Shown here: piece by piece, positions 31,589-42,151 of the stretch
Layout of the letters: each line of letters opens with the position of its first letter
Numbering within the stretch: position 1 is the stretch's first letter
NCBI GenBank assembly: GCA_020184695.1
Contig: JAANOX010000068.1
Location: forward strand, 1-64,000
Length of the DNA stretch: 64,000 bases
Direction of reading: 5' to 3'
DNA from: Histomonas meleagridis 2922-C6/04-290x
Lineage: Eukaryota; Protista; Parabasalia
Notes under the pieces: model-generated
Told to the model about the DNA's origin: nothing
Databases searched by the model: none
What the model saw: only the letters and a program-made list of their open reading frames with translations
Position numbers and translations under genes: made by a program

Positions 31589-34500
31589 ATGAATACTGGG
31601 AAACTTGAAAATCCACTTTCTATTTCATTACGCGAAACTCTAAAGCTACGTCCAAAAGCCCCCGAACTAATCAAAATACTTCGTGCAATTGAAGCCGATT
31701 TAGATGAATTAGAAATTCAAAATGCCGATGTCAGTGATTTAGCTGTTTATATCCATCAATTATACCTAGTCAATAATACCACTGTTCATGGTTACCTAAT
31801 AAAGATAATTACGGAGCTTGAAGTCCTATCAGCTGAGTCAATTATTGAGATGTATCATTTTGATTATTTAATTTCTCAATCATTAGATCAACGTCCCCCA
31901 GATCCTCAACCCAAGGTAGATGAAGAAAAGAATGCATGTTTCCGAATCATTTCACTTTTACTTAAGTATCGAAAATATTTACCATATTCCATTCTTCGAG
32001 CATTAGTTTCCTTATATCAGACACCCAAACATGGATACAAGCCATTAATCACTGCCTATTTTTGTGAAGCTTGTTTAGTTTGTCCGAATCAAATTGTTTC
32101 AATTCCAGATATTCCTCAATTACTTATTGAAAATCTAATGGAGACTGGCAATACACTTATATCTTCATTACTAACATATTCTGTTGAACATTTTCCACCA
32201 TTCATATTTCAAAAACATTTTTTTTCACATTTAGCTACACCATTTTGTTCATTAGCAGACAACAACAATAAAGATGAAAACCTTCAAACATCATCCAAAT
32301 CCTTAATTAACATCTTAATCACATGGCCAGGCTTATTACATATTGGATTCAAGGAACATATTTTTGATGATTTATTACAATGTTTGCCGCATCGAACGGA
32401 ATGTATTATCACGATTTTAAAGTCATTATTACATCTTAATCAAAACCGAAGTATTTTATTTTCATATCAAGGATTATTATTACATAACTTAATTGAGATT
32501 GGATTATTAACACAATTACATAAAGTATCAATTGATAATTCACATGCTTCTACATTTTTAAATTATTTAGTTCCATTCATATCAAATGAAAAGACAGCAG
32601 ACTTATTACCAATGATTACACATGAGAACAAAATCATTATGCAAAGTTGTGATTCATTAGCATTTAAATTATCACGTTTTGTAGCACAACAACAAACTAC
32701 AACGAAAACTAATCAACAACAACAATTACAATCACAACAACAAATTATTACAGTTTGTGGATGTTCTATTCAAGGTGATAATGATTTAACATGGAATTGG
32801 ATAATGTTATTAAAGTTATTATCTGTAATTTTACCACATGACATAAGTGAAGCAACTACAACTAATGCTAAAGCGTTATATAACAAATTACTTGATTACT
32901 TTTCTGGTCCTTATTTACAATCGAAATCATTAAAAGCTACTTCTACTAAATCCGATTGTTTAGTAGCGTTATGTAGTTTATTAATGAATGATTGGGGTAC
33001 TGCAATATTACAAACTCATCAAAACTTCATAAAATCATTGTATACAGCTATGACCGAAATATTAACATCAGATAAACCAAATTGGGCATATTTTAGATGT
33101 GTTAATGAATTCATGAAAACACCGGAAGGAACAGTTTTCTTACAAAAGAATAAAATCGGAGAAATATTAAGTCAAATCGAAATACAAGATGCAGATGTTG
33201 AAAGAGTTAAAGAATTAATTAGTTATATTAACTTATCAACTGATTTATGTATTGGCGTTCAAATGTATTTAAATTTATTAGAATCGAAATCAGAAGAAAT
33301 CCAAAAATTAATATTAAACTCATTAAATGAAATGAAAGATATTGTTCCAGACTTTCATACATGTGTCTTTAAGCGTATTATTATATTACATTTTAAACGT
33401 AACAAAGAAATTCCAGGCGATTTAAAGTTATTAACAAATATATTAACGACGAATGAATTATGTTTAGAAATGACTGCAAATGATCCTGAAATGCATCAAA
33501 TATTACAAAAGCGTTCGCATCAAGTATATTCATTATTATTTGGTATTAAAGAAGGGTTTAAATATGGAAATGTAATGAACGAATTACAATGGTGGTTAGA
33601 CACAGGAAACTTAAATTATGTGAAAATATTTGATGAACAAACTGAATATGCTATTAATAATCCGAATGAATTTGTAAATATTCCAATACATTTATTTGGG
33701 CAATTATGTAAAACGAAAATCGGAAGAGAAAAAGTTATAAATTATATTCCGATATTATTAGAGAAACTTGATAATAATAAATCATTAAATGAAAAAAGAT
33801 CAGTGATTTATGCATTAGGACAATTTGGTTCCAACATTAAATCGATAGAAATAATGAAAGAATATAAAGTTTTAGAAACATTTATGGAATTAATTAAAAG
33901 TACTAAATCTTATGTATTAAAAGGAACATTAATTACTTCATTCTCATTAATGGCACAATCACAATATTTATCGGAAATAATCGAAAAGAATAAATTCATT
34001 TCATTTAAATTTGGTAATAACGTAGCGATAATACCGAATGATTTAGAAGTGTTATTCGAAAATCATGAGAAAATTGACCCGCCATTAAATAACATTGATG
34101 AAATCGAAGGATTCGAAAATGTTACATTATTAATTAGACAAGTATCAAGTCCAATATCACAAAAACAAGCGAAAGTTGACTTACACGCGTTATATCAAAA
34201 TGAACCAATGAAATTAATCGAACCGAAATTGGCAATTTACGCAAATGAATTAATGTCGAAGTTTGTGATATCGCCTGAAAATAGACTTTTCTTAATAAGA
34301 ATATTCTCGAGAACTTCAATGTATTCATTAAAATCTCAAAAGGAAAGAGATGTTAATGAGGAAAAGGCTGCAAATTTAAGAGCAAAAATATTTTCCATTC
34401 TCGAATATAATTATGAGTTACCATTAACAATGGTGAACGTTAAACAGTATAATAGTTTGAAGGAGTTAAAGAATAAAGAAAAGAAACTCTGCAACGATGC

Positions 34501-34618
34501 AGTGGAGGTGTATCTGAACGACGAGGAATTCGAAAAAGTTAAAGGAATGACAAAGAAAGAGTTTTACGAGTTGTCACTAGAAGAAATGTCAAAAATACGT
34601 AAAGAATTGGCCGAATGA
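31589..34618 (+). CDS. RICTOR: Rictor/Avo3-like TORC2 subunit with C-terminal villin-headpiece-like segment
   Basis: LITWPGLL, GNLNYVKIF, IPIHLFGQLCKTKIG, KRSVIYALGQFGS match Rictor N/M/V-region patterns; tail YLNDEEFEKVKGMTKKEFYEL. Confidence 0.7.
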   Translation: MNTGKLENPLSISLRETLKLRPKAPELIKILRAIEADLDELEIQNADVSDLAVYIHQLYLVNNTTVHGYLIKIITELEVLSAESIIEMYHFDYLISQSLDQRPPDPQPKVDEEKNACFRIISLLLKYRKYLPYSILRALVSLYQTPKHGYKPLITAYFCEACLVCPNQIVSIPDIPQLLIENLMETGNTLISSLLTYSVEHFPPFIFQKHFFSHLATPFCSLADNNNKDENLQTSSKSLINILITWPGLLHIGFKEHIFDDLLQCLPHRTECIITILKSLLHLNQNRSILFSYQGLLLHNLIEIGLLTQLHKVSIDNSHASTFLNYLVPFISNEKTADLLPMITHENKIIMQSCDSLAFKLSRFVAQQQTTTKTNQQQQLQSQQQIITVCGCSIQGDNDLTWNWIMLLKLLSVILPHDISEATTTNAKALYNKLLDYFSGPYLQSKSLKATSTKSDCLVALCSLLMNDWGTAILQTHQNFIKSLYTAMTEILTSDKPNWAYFRCVNEFMKTPEGTVFLQKNKIGEILSQIEIQDADVERVKELISYINLSTDLCIGVQMYLNLLESKSEEIQKLILNSLNEMKDIVPDFHTCVFKRIIILHFKRNKEIPGDLKLLTNILTTNELCLEMTANDPEMHQILQKRSHQVYSLLFGIKEGFKYGNVMNELQWWLDTGNLNYVKIFDEQTEYAINNPNEFVNIPIHLFGQLCKTKIGREKVINYIPILLEKLDNNKSLNEKRSVIYALGQFGSNIKSIEIMKEYKVLETFMELIKSTKSYVLKGTLITSFSLMAQSQYLSEIIEKNKFISFKFGNNVAIIPNDLEVLFENHEKIDPPLNNIDEIEGFENVTLLIRQVSSPISQKQAKVDLHALYQNEPMKLIEPKLAIYANELMSKFVISPENRLFLIRIFSRTSMYSLKSQKERDVNEEKAANLRAKIFSILEYNYELPLTMVNVKQYNSLKELKNKEKKLCNDAVEVYLNDEEFEKVKGMTKKEFYELSLEEMSKIRKELAE

Positions 34619-35156
34619 AATTAACTAAAAAATTGTAATTGTGAAATTAATTTTTTTTTTTCTTTTGATGAAAACAAATTTGTTAAATGAACAATAAATA
34701 AAAATAATTTTGTAACGATTTTGAGGTAAATATCAATCAAATTTGTCTGAAAGTACTCAATAACTATCATCGTGATGAAAAATGTTCAGATAACTAATTT
34801 TAATAAAAAATTAGAATAATTTTGGACATTTTAAATTAAAATATAAAATGAATATAAAAAAAAATTGGTGTACTATGGGTTTAGCCCGCGTACATAGGGT
34901 TTTTCATGGGAATATATTATAAGTATTATAAATAATTCCAAAACGAAAGAAAATATACAAAAAAAAAAAAGTTGTTTAATATAGCAGTAAGTGTTTCAAT
35001 AAAAAAAAATCGCTTCCTGTTGGAAAATATAAAAGTAAAAACAACCAAATATGAAGGTATTGTGAAAAACCATGTTCAATGGTTGTTGAAAATATTATTT
35101 TATTATTTGTGAAATGTCACCATTTTGTACGTTAAGAACCGTTATAGGCTTTTGCA

Positions 35157-36605
35157 ATGATCATTTGCTGCCTTCTTTTACAATTTGCTCAGACAAAGGA
35201 AGAACAAGAAACGAAAAAGACCATTGTTTTGCAATCTAATTCAAATATTATATTTGCTCCTTTATTTTTTATAATTGATCTTATCAAGTTTATTTTTTAT
35301 CAACTTGTTGCTTTATTTCAGTTTCTTTTTGTTTTTTCAAGTAACTCTTCAACAGGCAGTACAATTGTTGAGAACAATGAAAACATTCATACACCAAAAG
35401 CAACTCCATTTCCTACACAGACGACATCCTATATCCGCACTCCAACTCAATTCAAAACTTCAACACATTCTCAATCTCCTGAACCTACACCTGTTAAATC
35501 ATTCATCTCAACTCCTACGAAATCATACGTTTCCACACCAACATACTACCCAACCAATATTCCTGTTAAGCCACATGATTTTACACCATTACAATCACCA
35601 ACATCTATAAAAACAGTTGTTGAGTCTACATCAGTAAAAACATTAATTTCTAAGCACACTGAATCAACTACTCCAATAATAACAACAAAAGCAACATTTA
35701 GTACGCAAATACAAACAGCTAATCCCACACAAATCAAATCAACAATTTCATCAACAAAATCTCATTCACCTATTCCAACGTCACCAACTTCTCCTCCAAC
35801 AACTACTACGTCCACTAAAATTTATACTCCAACGCCCACAACACCTCCCTCAACTCCAACAACACATATACAAACACTTACACCCACGAAACATATCTCA
35901 ACACCTACATCACATTATCCAACACCAACACCATCATTACCACCAATTAGTCCACATGAAGGTAAGTTAACTATTTCGGATAGATATGATCGAATATTTA
36001 AGAAGATCAATACCATAAACAATGCCATTAAAACTGCAAATAAGCAACTTAGAGATTCTTCAATATCAAATCTTAATGCTTTATTTGGTGATAAACTTTT
36101 TGAATTTATGAAGCTTCAAGAAGAACATGCATATGGTATAATACATAAAATTCTTCATGAGCAGCCAACATCTTCTTCACTTTGTGCAATTTCACCACTT
36201 AATGGTACAATTCGTAAACATTCTTTTGCAGATCGTTTGATGAATGTACTTTCACAAGATCTTAAAAATAAGAACCTACCAAAGGATACAGAAGATTGTT
36301 GGAATATGTCGCCTCCAATTGGTAATTTTTCGTATATTCTGCAAGAACCTGTTTATGCTTCAAGAATTATGTTTAAATCGGGCAAAGCTGAAGCGTGCTC
36401 AATTAAAGACTTTGCTGTCGAATTTTATTTCGGCAATACAACTGTTTACACAGGTGTGAAACATCTTTATAAATATTCTCTTAAGCCACAAAGTTTCGCT
36501 TTTAATCCAAATATTAAATGCGATGGGTATAAGATTATTGTTCTTAGTAATTATGGTGATCCAAATATAACATGTCATTATGGCGTAAAATTGTATAGAT
36601 CTTAA
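35157..36605 (+). CDS. SUN (Sad1/UNC)-domain protein with Thr/Pro/Ser-rich stalk and coiled coil
   Basis: N-terminal hydrophobic segments, about 200 aa TPS-rich, coiled coil, C-terminal EDCW..SIKDF..SNYGDPNITCHYGVKLY like the SUN SNxG..TCxY signature. Confidence 0.7.
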   Translation: MIICCLLLQFAQTKEEQETKKTIVLQSNSNIIFAPLFFIIDLIKFIFYQLVALFQFLFVFSSNSSTGSTIVENNENIHTPKATPFPTQTTSYIRTPTQFKTSTHSQSPEPTPVKSFISTPTKSYVSTPTYYPTNIPVKPHDFTPLQSPTSIKTVVESTSVKTLISKHTESTTPIITTKATFSTQIQTANPTQIKSTISSTKSHSPIPTSPTSPPTTTTSTKIYTPTPTTPPSTPTTHIQTLTPTKHISTPTSHYPTPTPSLPPISPHEGKLTISDRYDRIFKKINTINNAIKTANKQLRDSSISNLNALFGDKLFEFMKLQEEHAYGIIHKILHEQPTSSSLCAISPLNGTIRKHSFADRLMNVLSQDLKNKNLPKDTEDCWNMSPPIGNFSYILQEPVYASRIMFKSGKAEACSIKDFAVEFYFGNTTVYTGVKHLYKYSLKPQSFAFNPNIKCDGYKIIVLSNYGDPNITCHYGVKLYRS

Positions 36606-37056
36606 TTTATAAATTTTATTATAAGTAAATGAATTCTTTGTTTATTAATTTTTAAAAATGAAAAAAGCAATTAAAAAGTTTGTTTGAATTTTTTTTTTTA
36701 ATAAAATATAAGCTGTTGTGAACAAATCGTATTGGTATAAATCAAGGTCAGATATTGTACTTAAAGAGTCTACTAACTATTGTTGTGGTTTTATCATAGG
36801 TAAGTTGACATGCACATTTAAGCTCGACATATATAAACTGCATTCCATATCTGAACGTAATTAACCCATTACATGATTTTGCTTTTAATTTTTTTAGGAA
36901 TTAATAAAAATATTTTTATTGTTTTTTTAAATGTAACCCAAAACAAATACACAATATATTTAAATAAGGTTAATTGATATCCATTAACAACATTTACACT
37001 TTCAAACAATTAACACTTCGTTTATATATGATGTTTATTAACAGCCTCACACAATT

Positions 37057-38595
37057 TCAAACAAGTTTGAATTGTATGCACAAGTTCGGATTTGTTTCTA
37101 GCAAATTTGAATTTTCTTCATTTATCAAGTTCCCATAGCATTGTCCTGTTGTACAATTCTTTTCCCTTGTCAACACCACAATCGAGTTATTCATTTGATT
37201 ATAATCGATTGCAATTGGTACACCTTTTCCTATGTTATATTCACACAACATTCTTTCAGCCCTTAGATCCCACACTCGCACATAATGATCTTCTCCTCCT
37301 GTGAACACGTAAGAATGGCTATCGCTTTGGAACGCTGAGACAACAGTCAAAGGCGCCAAATGTCGTTGTATTTGTTTCACAGGCAGATTAAATCTTATGT
37401 CCCAAAGACGTGCAGTCAAGTCGACTGAACCCGACAAAAATGTAACATTTGAATGTTGAGCTAAAGAAGTAATACCCGCAGCATGTCCGATTAAACATAA
37501 TGCAGGTTGAAGTTGTGAATTTATTAAATGTATTGAGTGATGATTACGTGATGAGATTGCTAAGAGCTCACCAACTTGTACTAATGATGTAATCGATGGT
37601 AAACTAATGTTTACGCATACTTCATAGCCATTGTTTATTGGCTCAGTTAAGTTTTGATAATTCCATAGATATAATTGGCGTCGTGATCCAACTAATAATT
37701 GATTGTTCCATTTAACAATCGATGATCGTAATATTGGTGGACAATCAATCACATATTTAAAGGGTGTTATCGTTTGATCATTAATGGATACTTCAGTGAT
37801 TTGATTACCAGAAACAACAAATAATGTGTTCGTGATGTAATCATGCTCAATGGATGTGGCACGAAATGGAATTTGTATTTCTGTACGTTGTGGTCCGATT
37901 TGAAGAAAATGATTCTGTAGTTCAGAATCAAAATCAATTAAATATGGAACACCATAACGTAAAATTCCTGTCTCGACATTGGAATACATGGAAAGAATCG
38001 TAAAGTTGGGGTTGGTGGGATATGTGTTATGTGATTTGGACGTGGACATCGTTTCTTGCGCTGTTATGGAATGAATTTGATCGATAGGTGCAACATTTTC
38101 AAGCCAAAATTTATCGGATGAACAGATGAGAAGATCAGTAAGATCAGATTCGATCCGTTTTTTACTATCAAGATTTTGATGTTGTTGAACTGCTGCTGTA
38201 TAAATATTCTCAAGACTATCGGATATCGAATATTCCATTAAAGGTGATAAAGGTCGAGATAAAAATGAACCAACACTGACAGAATGTGGTGGACGCTTGA
38301 CAGGTGGCATCTTGTCAGTTGGAAGAGAGAAATCTTTACGTGCTTTTGTAGGATCATATTGGTTTGATGTTCGAAGAAAAGTACGCTTATTGTTGTTGAA
38401 CCAAAGACGTACTGCTCTGTTTGTCCATCTGGTATTGATTTGTGTTAATTGACCTGTAACAGATTTTACGATAATTGCACGTTCTTCAGATCTTTCAGGA
38501 AGTGAAAAATATTTATCTATTGCTTGTGTTAATATTAGTTGCTCTTCTTTGGATGGAAAGTATCTGTTGTCTTTGATTTCTTCTTCGTTATGCAT
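37057..38595 (-). CDS. Homeodomain-like N-terminus fused to WD40 repeats
   Basis: FPSKEEQLIL..WTNRAVRLWFNNNKR (helix-3-like WFxNxK/R); GHAAGITSL, SGSVDLTARLWD, TGGEDHYVRVWD. Confidence 0.75.
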   Translation of the reverse strand: MHNEEEIKDNRYFPSKEEQLILTQAIDKYFSLPERSEERAIIVKSVTGQLTQINTRWTNRAVRLWFNNNKRTFLRTSNQYDPTKARKDFSLPTDKMPPVKRPPHSVSVGSFLSRPLSPLMEYSISDSLENIYTAAVQQHQNLDSKKRIESDLTDLLICSSDKFWLENVAPIDQIHSITAQETMSTSKSHNTYPTNPNFTILSMYSNVETGILRYGVPYLIDFDSELQNHFLQIGPQRTEIQIPFRATSIEHDYITNTLFVVSGNQITEVSINDQTITPFKYVIDCPPILRSSIVKWNNQLLVGSRRQLYLWNYQNLTEPINNGYEVCVNISLPSITSLVQVGELLAISSRNHHSIHLINSQLQPALCLIGHAAGITSLAQHSNVTFLSGSVDLTARLWDIRFNLPVKQIQRHLAPLTVVSAFQSDSHSYVFTGGEDHYVRVWDLRAERMLCEYNIGKGVPIAIDYNQMNNSIVVLTREKNCTTGQCYGNLINEENSNLLETNPNLCIQFKLV

Positions 38596-39012
38596 GATTT
38601 TGGCTCAACAAACCGTCGCTAAAATTTTCATTAACTAACTGTGTCTGATTTAATGATTTTGACTTCACAAAACTATTTTTATCAAAATTTATAAATCTCA
38701 TCTGATGTCTAAGAGTAATATCTTTCAATAACAAATAACATCAAATAATTGAGCTTGAGATAGAATGAATTTATATAATACAATGATATGAAAAAGATAT
38801 TCACGTTTGATTTCTTGATAGCAAAAAAAGCTGGATTTTCTTGTTGTGGGTCAATTATCTGAAAAAGTTCGACATTTGAATTGAAAACGAACGTAAACGT
38901 TTGTTTCTCCAACCAGATACCCCTTCAATTTTAGGGCTCCCCAAATTTCTCTCACCAAGTAAAAAAGAAAAAACGTTAATTCTTGTTTTTGAGAAACTTT
39001 GTTCGACTTCAA

Positions 39013-40275
39013 ATGAATGAACAAAGCAAAGGAAGATATTGGGGAACATATCAAAGCAAAGAAAATGTTCTAAATGGAAGCTCCTCGAGTAAGTCTAATT
39101 ATCCCAGAAAATTTTTTACCAAAAAATTTTTAAATGATCCACATTTATCTCAAGGCAAAGTTCAAATAGAAAAGTTCAAAGTTCCTCTTCCAACATCACC
39201 CAATGATGCCAAAATACTTCGCCATAAATTATCTCTTGTTCATCATCCTGATGAGAATTTTATGTTTTATTCACTTATTTGCATTCTAATTTCCTTTGCT
39301 TCTTTAGCTATGTTCTTCATAGAGTTCCACACAGAAACAAGTTTTGTATTTTCTCTTATATTTTTTGCTCTTGCAGTTTATCGTATCTGCGTACAACTAG
39401 CCAACAACCGACGCATTTCATTACTTAAGCCTAAGAAGGAAGAAGTTACTACCTTACCACCATCCAATATTATACATTATTCAGATCTCTTTGAAGATCA
39501 ACTTACTGAAAGGCAAATGGAAGAAGAAACCACCACATCCACAAATCACTTTGTCAATGCTGATCGATCCACAGCCTCATTTGGCAAGATTGAAAGATCA
39601 GCCGAAATTAACATTGATCAACGAGCTCTTAAATCTCTCCAAGATCTCAATATTCCATATTCACACTTCAAGCGCTACTTATCCAACATGAAAGTCTTTA
39701 TTTCACAGACATTAATGAAGAAACTTACCATGCAACTTCACTCTGACGATCCCATGGTTGAAGCCATGTTATCTGTTCCTCGCTTTGAGCATTGTCGTGA
39801 GTATGTTAAACAGCGTGTCAAAGAACTTGGGACATCTCTTACCCATTATGGTGATAAAGGTACCAAATGGGAGGAAAGAGAATGGACGCGCGACCTCCCA
39901 TCCGATAACCAAATTGTCTTGCACATACTGAGCACGTGGCTCTCGTTCTTTATGTGTGGCAAAAAAGTCGGTAAACGGGCGAAACTCGTTTTCCAACAAA
40001 AGTTCGTTGTGATCGGCAAAGAACCGACGGCCGATGACGAGAAACCGGTTGTGCTGTATAGCGAAGATTGGTCTAATTTCTCAGTGATAACTGCATTCAA
40101 GTCGTCGCCGGTCATTAAGTATCAGGCATTCTCTGGACTGGACTCGCTGTATAGCGCATTGACGATTTTCTTTTGGATTATTAATGAGAGATATCACTTC
40201 TTAATTGATGGAGCTGACTTAACTGACGTGCCAATATGCATTGATAGAGTTTATAAGTTTGGTGGAGTGGAATAA
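39013..40275 (+). CDS. TMEM209/PNET1-like nuclear envelope protein
   Basis: Two N-proximal TM helices; GTKWEEREWTRDLPSDNQIVLHIL resembles the family W..DLPTD..I..H motif; ATG at 39013. Confidence 0.6.
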   Translation: MNEQSKGRYWGTYQSKENVLNGSSSSKSNYPRKFFTKKFLNDPHLSQGKVQIEKFKVPLPTSPNDAKILRHKLSLVHHPDENFMFYSLICILISFASLAMFFIEFHTETSFVFSLIFFALAVYRICVQLANNRRISLLKPKKEEVTTLPPSNIIHYSDLFEDQLTERQMEEETTTSTNHFVNADRSTASFGKIERSAEINIDQRALKSLQDLNIPYSHFKRYLSNMKVFISQTLMKKLTMQLHSDDPMVEAMLSVPRFEHCREYVKQRVKELGTSLTHYGDKGTKWEEREWTRDLPSDNQIVLHILSTWLSFFMCGKKVGKRAKLVFQQKFVVIGKEPTADDEKPVVLYSEDWSNFSVITAFKSSPVIKYQAFSGLDSLYSALTIFFWIINERYHFLIDGADLTDVPICIDRVYKFGGVE

Positions 40276-40917
40276 CTTTTATAAAGGATACAAATGTATT
40301 TAATATATTTTTTTGCTTTTTGTGTTAACTAAACTTGTTGCAAAGATAGAAAAAATTACTAAAATCGAGTGTCGTTTTATCATTGTTGGTTCATTGTACT
40401 CTGTATTACACCATGAAGAAGGTTATTTACCACTTCAATTAATAGATTGGAGTAATATTATGTGTGCATAAAATTCGTAATTATAAATCAGCAATTTCAC
40501 AAAATGCAGTTACTGGAGAATTTAAATTAGAAGTTAGTTGTATAGGGATCAAATAACCTTTAGAATTATGATCAGTACCAGGATTATTAGGATCAATATG
40601 GTGGCTAATGCTCCGCCAATTACACTCAAGAGAGCATCATATAACAATATTAAAACTCTTGTTTAGATTCAAAGGAAAACAAATTTATTTTATAATAATA
40701 TGTATTTACATAAAAATTTTAATATGTCTAGAAACAGTGGTTGTAACATTTTTTTTAAGTTTGATGATTTTTTGAATATGAAATTGGTCGGAAACGTTTT
40801 TGTGTCTACGAACGTTAAAATAAACAGATCAGAAATTGTGATGCTAGCTGCCGAAACCGTATCAACACATTCAATTCTTTCGGATCCGACCACTCGAGAA
40901 AAGTGTCACTTTTTAGA

Positions 40918-41679
40918 ATGGGAAGAACATTCTTTGTTGGTGGTAACTGGAAAGCTAATCCAAAGACAATTGAGGAAGCACAAAACCTCATCGAAATTCT
41001 CAATGCTGCAGAAATCAAAGTTCCAGTTGAAGTTGTTATTGCTTCACCAGCAATTTTCCTTCCAATGCTCAAGGACAAACTTCGTAAAGACTGGGGAGTT
41101 TCAGCAGAAAACATCTACTCAAAGCCAAATGGTGCTTTCACTGGTGAAGTTACTGCTCCAATGCTTAAGTCATTCGGTGTTCCATGGACAATCCTTGGTC
41201 ACTCAGAACGTCGTGATATCTTCAAGGAAGACGAAGAAATGTTAGGTGCTAAGGCTGCAGCTGCTATCAATGAGGGTCTTAAGATCATCTATTGCTGTGG
41301 TGAACATCTTGAAGAACGTAAGGCTGGCAAGGCATCCGAATTCGTTGCTGCTCAAATTGAAAACCTTATCAAGGCAGTTCCAGCTGGCAAATGGGATCAA
41401 GTTGTTATCGCTTACGAACCAATCTGGGCTATCGGCACTGGTGTTGTTGCATCAACAAAGGATGCCCAAGAAATGTGCAAAGTTATCCGTGACCTCATTG
41501 CTTCTAAGGTCAATGCTGAAGTTGCAGAAAAGATCCAAATTCTCTATGGTGGATCTGTAAAGGCCGACAACTGCAATGAACTCGCCGCACAACCAGATGT
41601 TGATGGTTTCCTCGTTGGTGGTGCATCACTTACTGCAAGCTTCATCGATATCGTTAAATCAGCTGAACATAGCAAGTAA
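40918..41679 (+). CDS. TPI1: Triosephosphate isomerase
   Basis: FVGGNWK, GAFTGE, ILGHSERR, AYEPIWAIGTG, ILYGGSV, FLVGGASL; Inr-like TCACTT just upstream. Confidence 0.98.
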   Translation: MGRTFFVGGNWKANPKTIEEAQNLIEILNAAEIKVPVEVVIASPAIFLPMLKDKLRKDWGVSAENIYSKPNGAFTGEVTAPMLKSFGVPWTILGHSERRDIFKEDEEMLGAKAAAAINEGLKIIYCCGEHLEERKAGKASEFVAAQIENLIKAVPAGKWDQVVIAYEPIWAIGTGVVASTKDAQEMCKVIRDLIASKVNAEVAEKIQILYGGSVKADNCNELAAQPDVDGFLVGGASLTASFIDIVKSAEHSK

Positions 41680-42151
41680 ACAGGCAAAGAGCAAATGAAA
41701 TTTAAATTTTCTTTTGATACTTTTTTATTAATAGCAAATATTATCATTAGCTTAAAATCTTTCATTTGACTGAATTGACTATCTTTGTTCTCTTGATTCA
41801 AGTTAATGATGAACATTTTATTGTATCTTAAATCTTTATCTCATAAATTTTTTGTTATCCCATCTTCAAAAACAAAAATTTTTGTTTTGTTTTGTAACTC
41901 ATGGTTTTTAATTGTAATAGAACAAAGTGATTCATTTTTTTCTTGGAAAAAAATTATAACAACGGATTCCCTCAGAATTATTGATTGCAAATTGAGATAA
42001 CTCATTGTACTTTTAAAAGCAAAAAAGCATTAGAGGACGTTTACAAGACCTCATACAAATTCTGAATAGGGATTTTGCATTGAAAGCTTTTGTGAAAAAC
42101 GATAGATGACTATTTAATTCAAACAGGTCGAATCCATATCACATTCGCAAG

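Noticed and set aside
36700-36810. U1 snRNA on the minus strand (ACTTACCT)
   Set aside because: No U1A or 70K loop sequences and no convincing Sm site downstream
40350-40680. Possible lipase-like relic (IGGALATIL on minus strand)
   Set aside because: No GHS nucleophile motif and frames are short; unassignable
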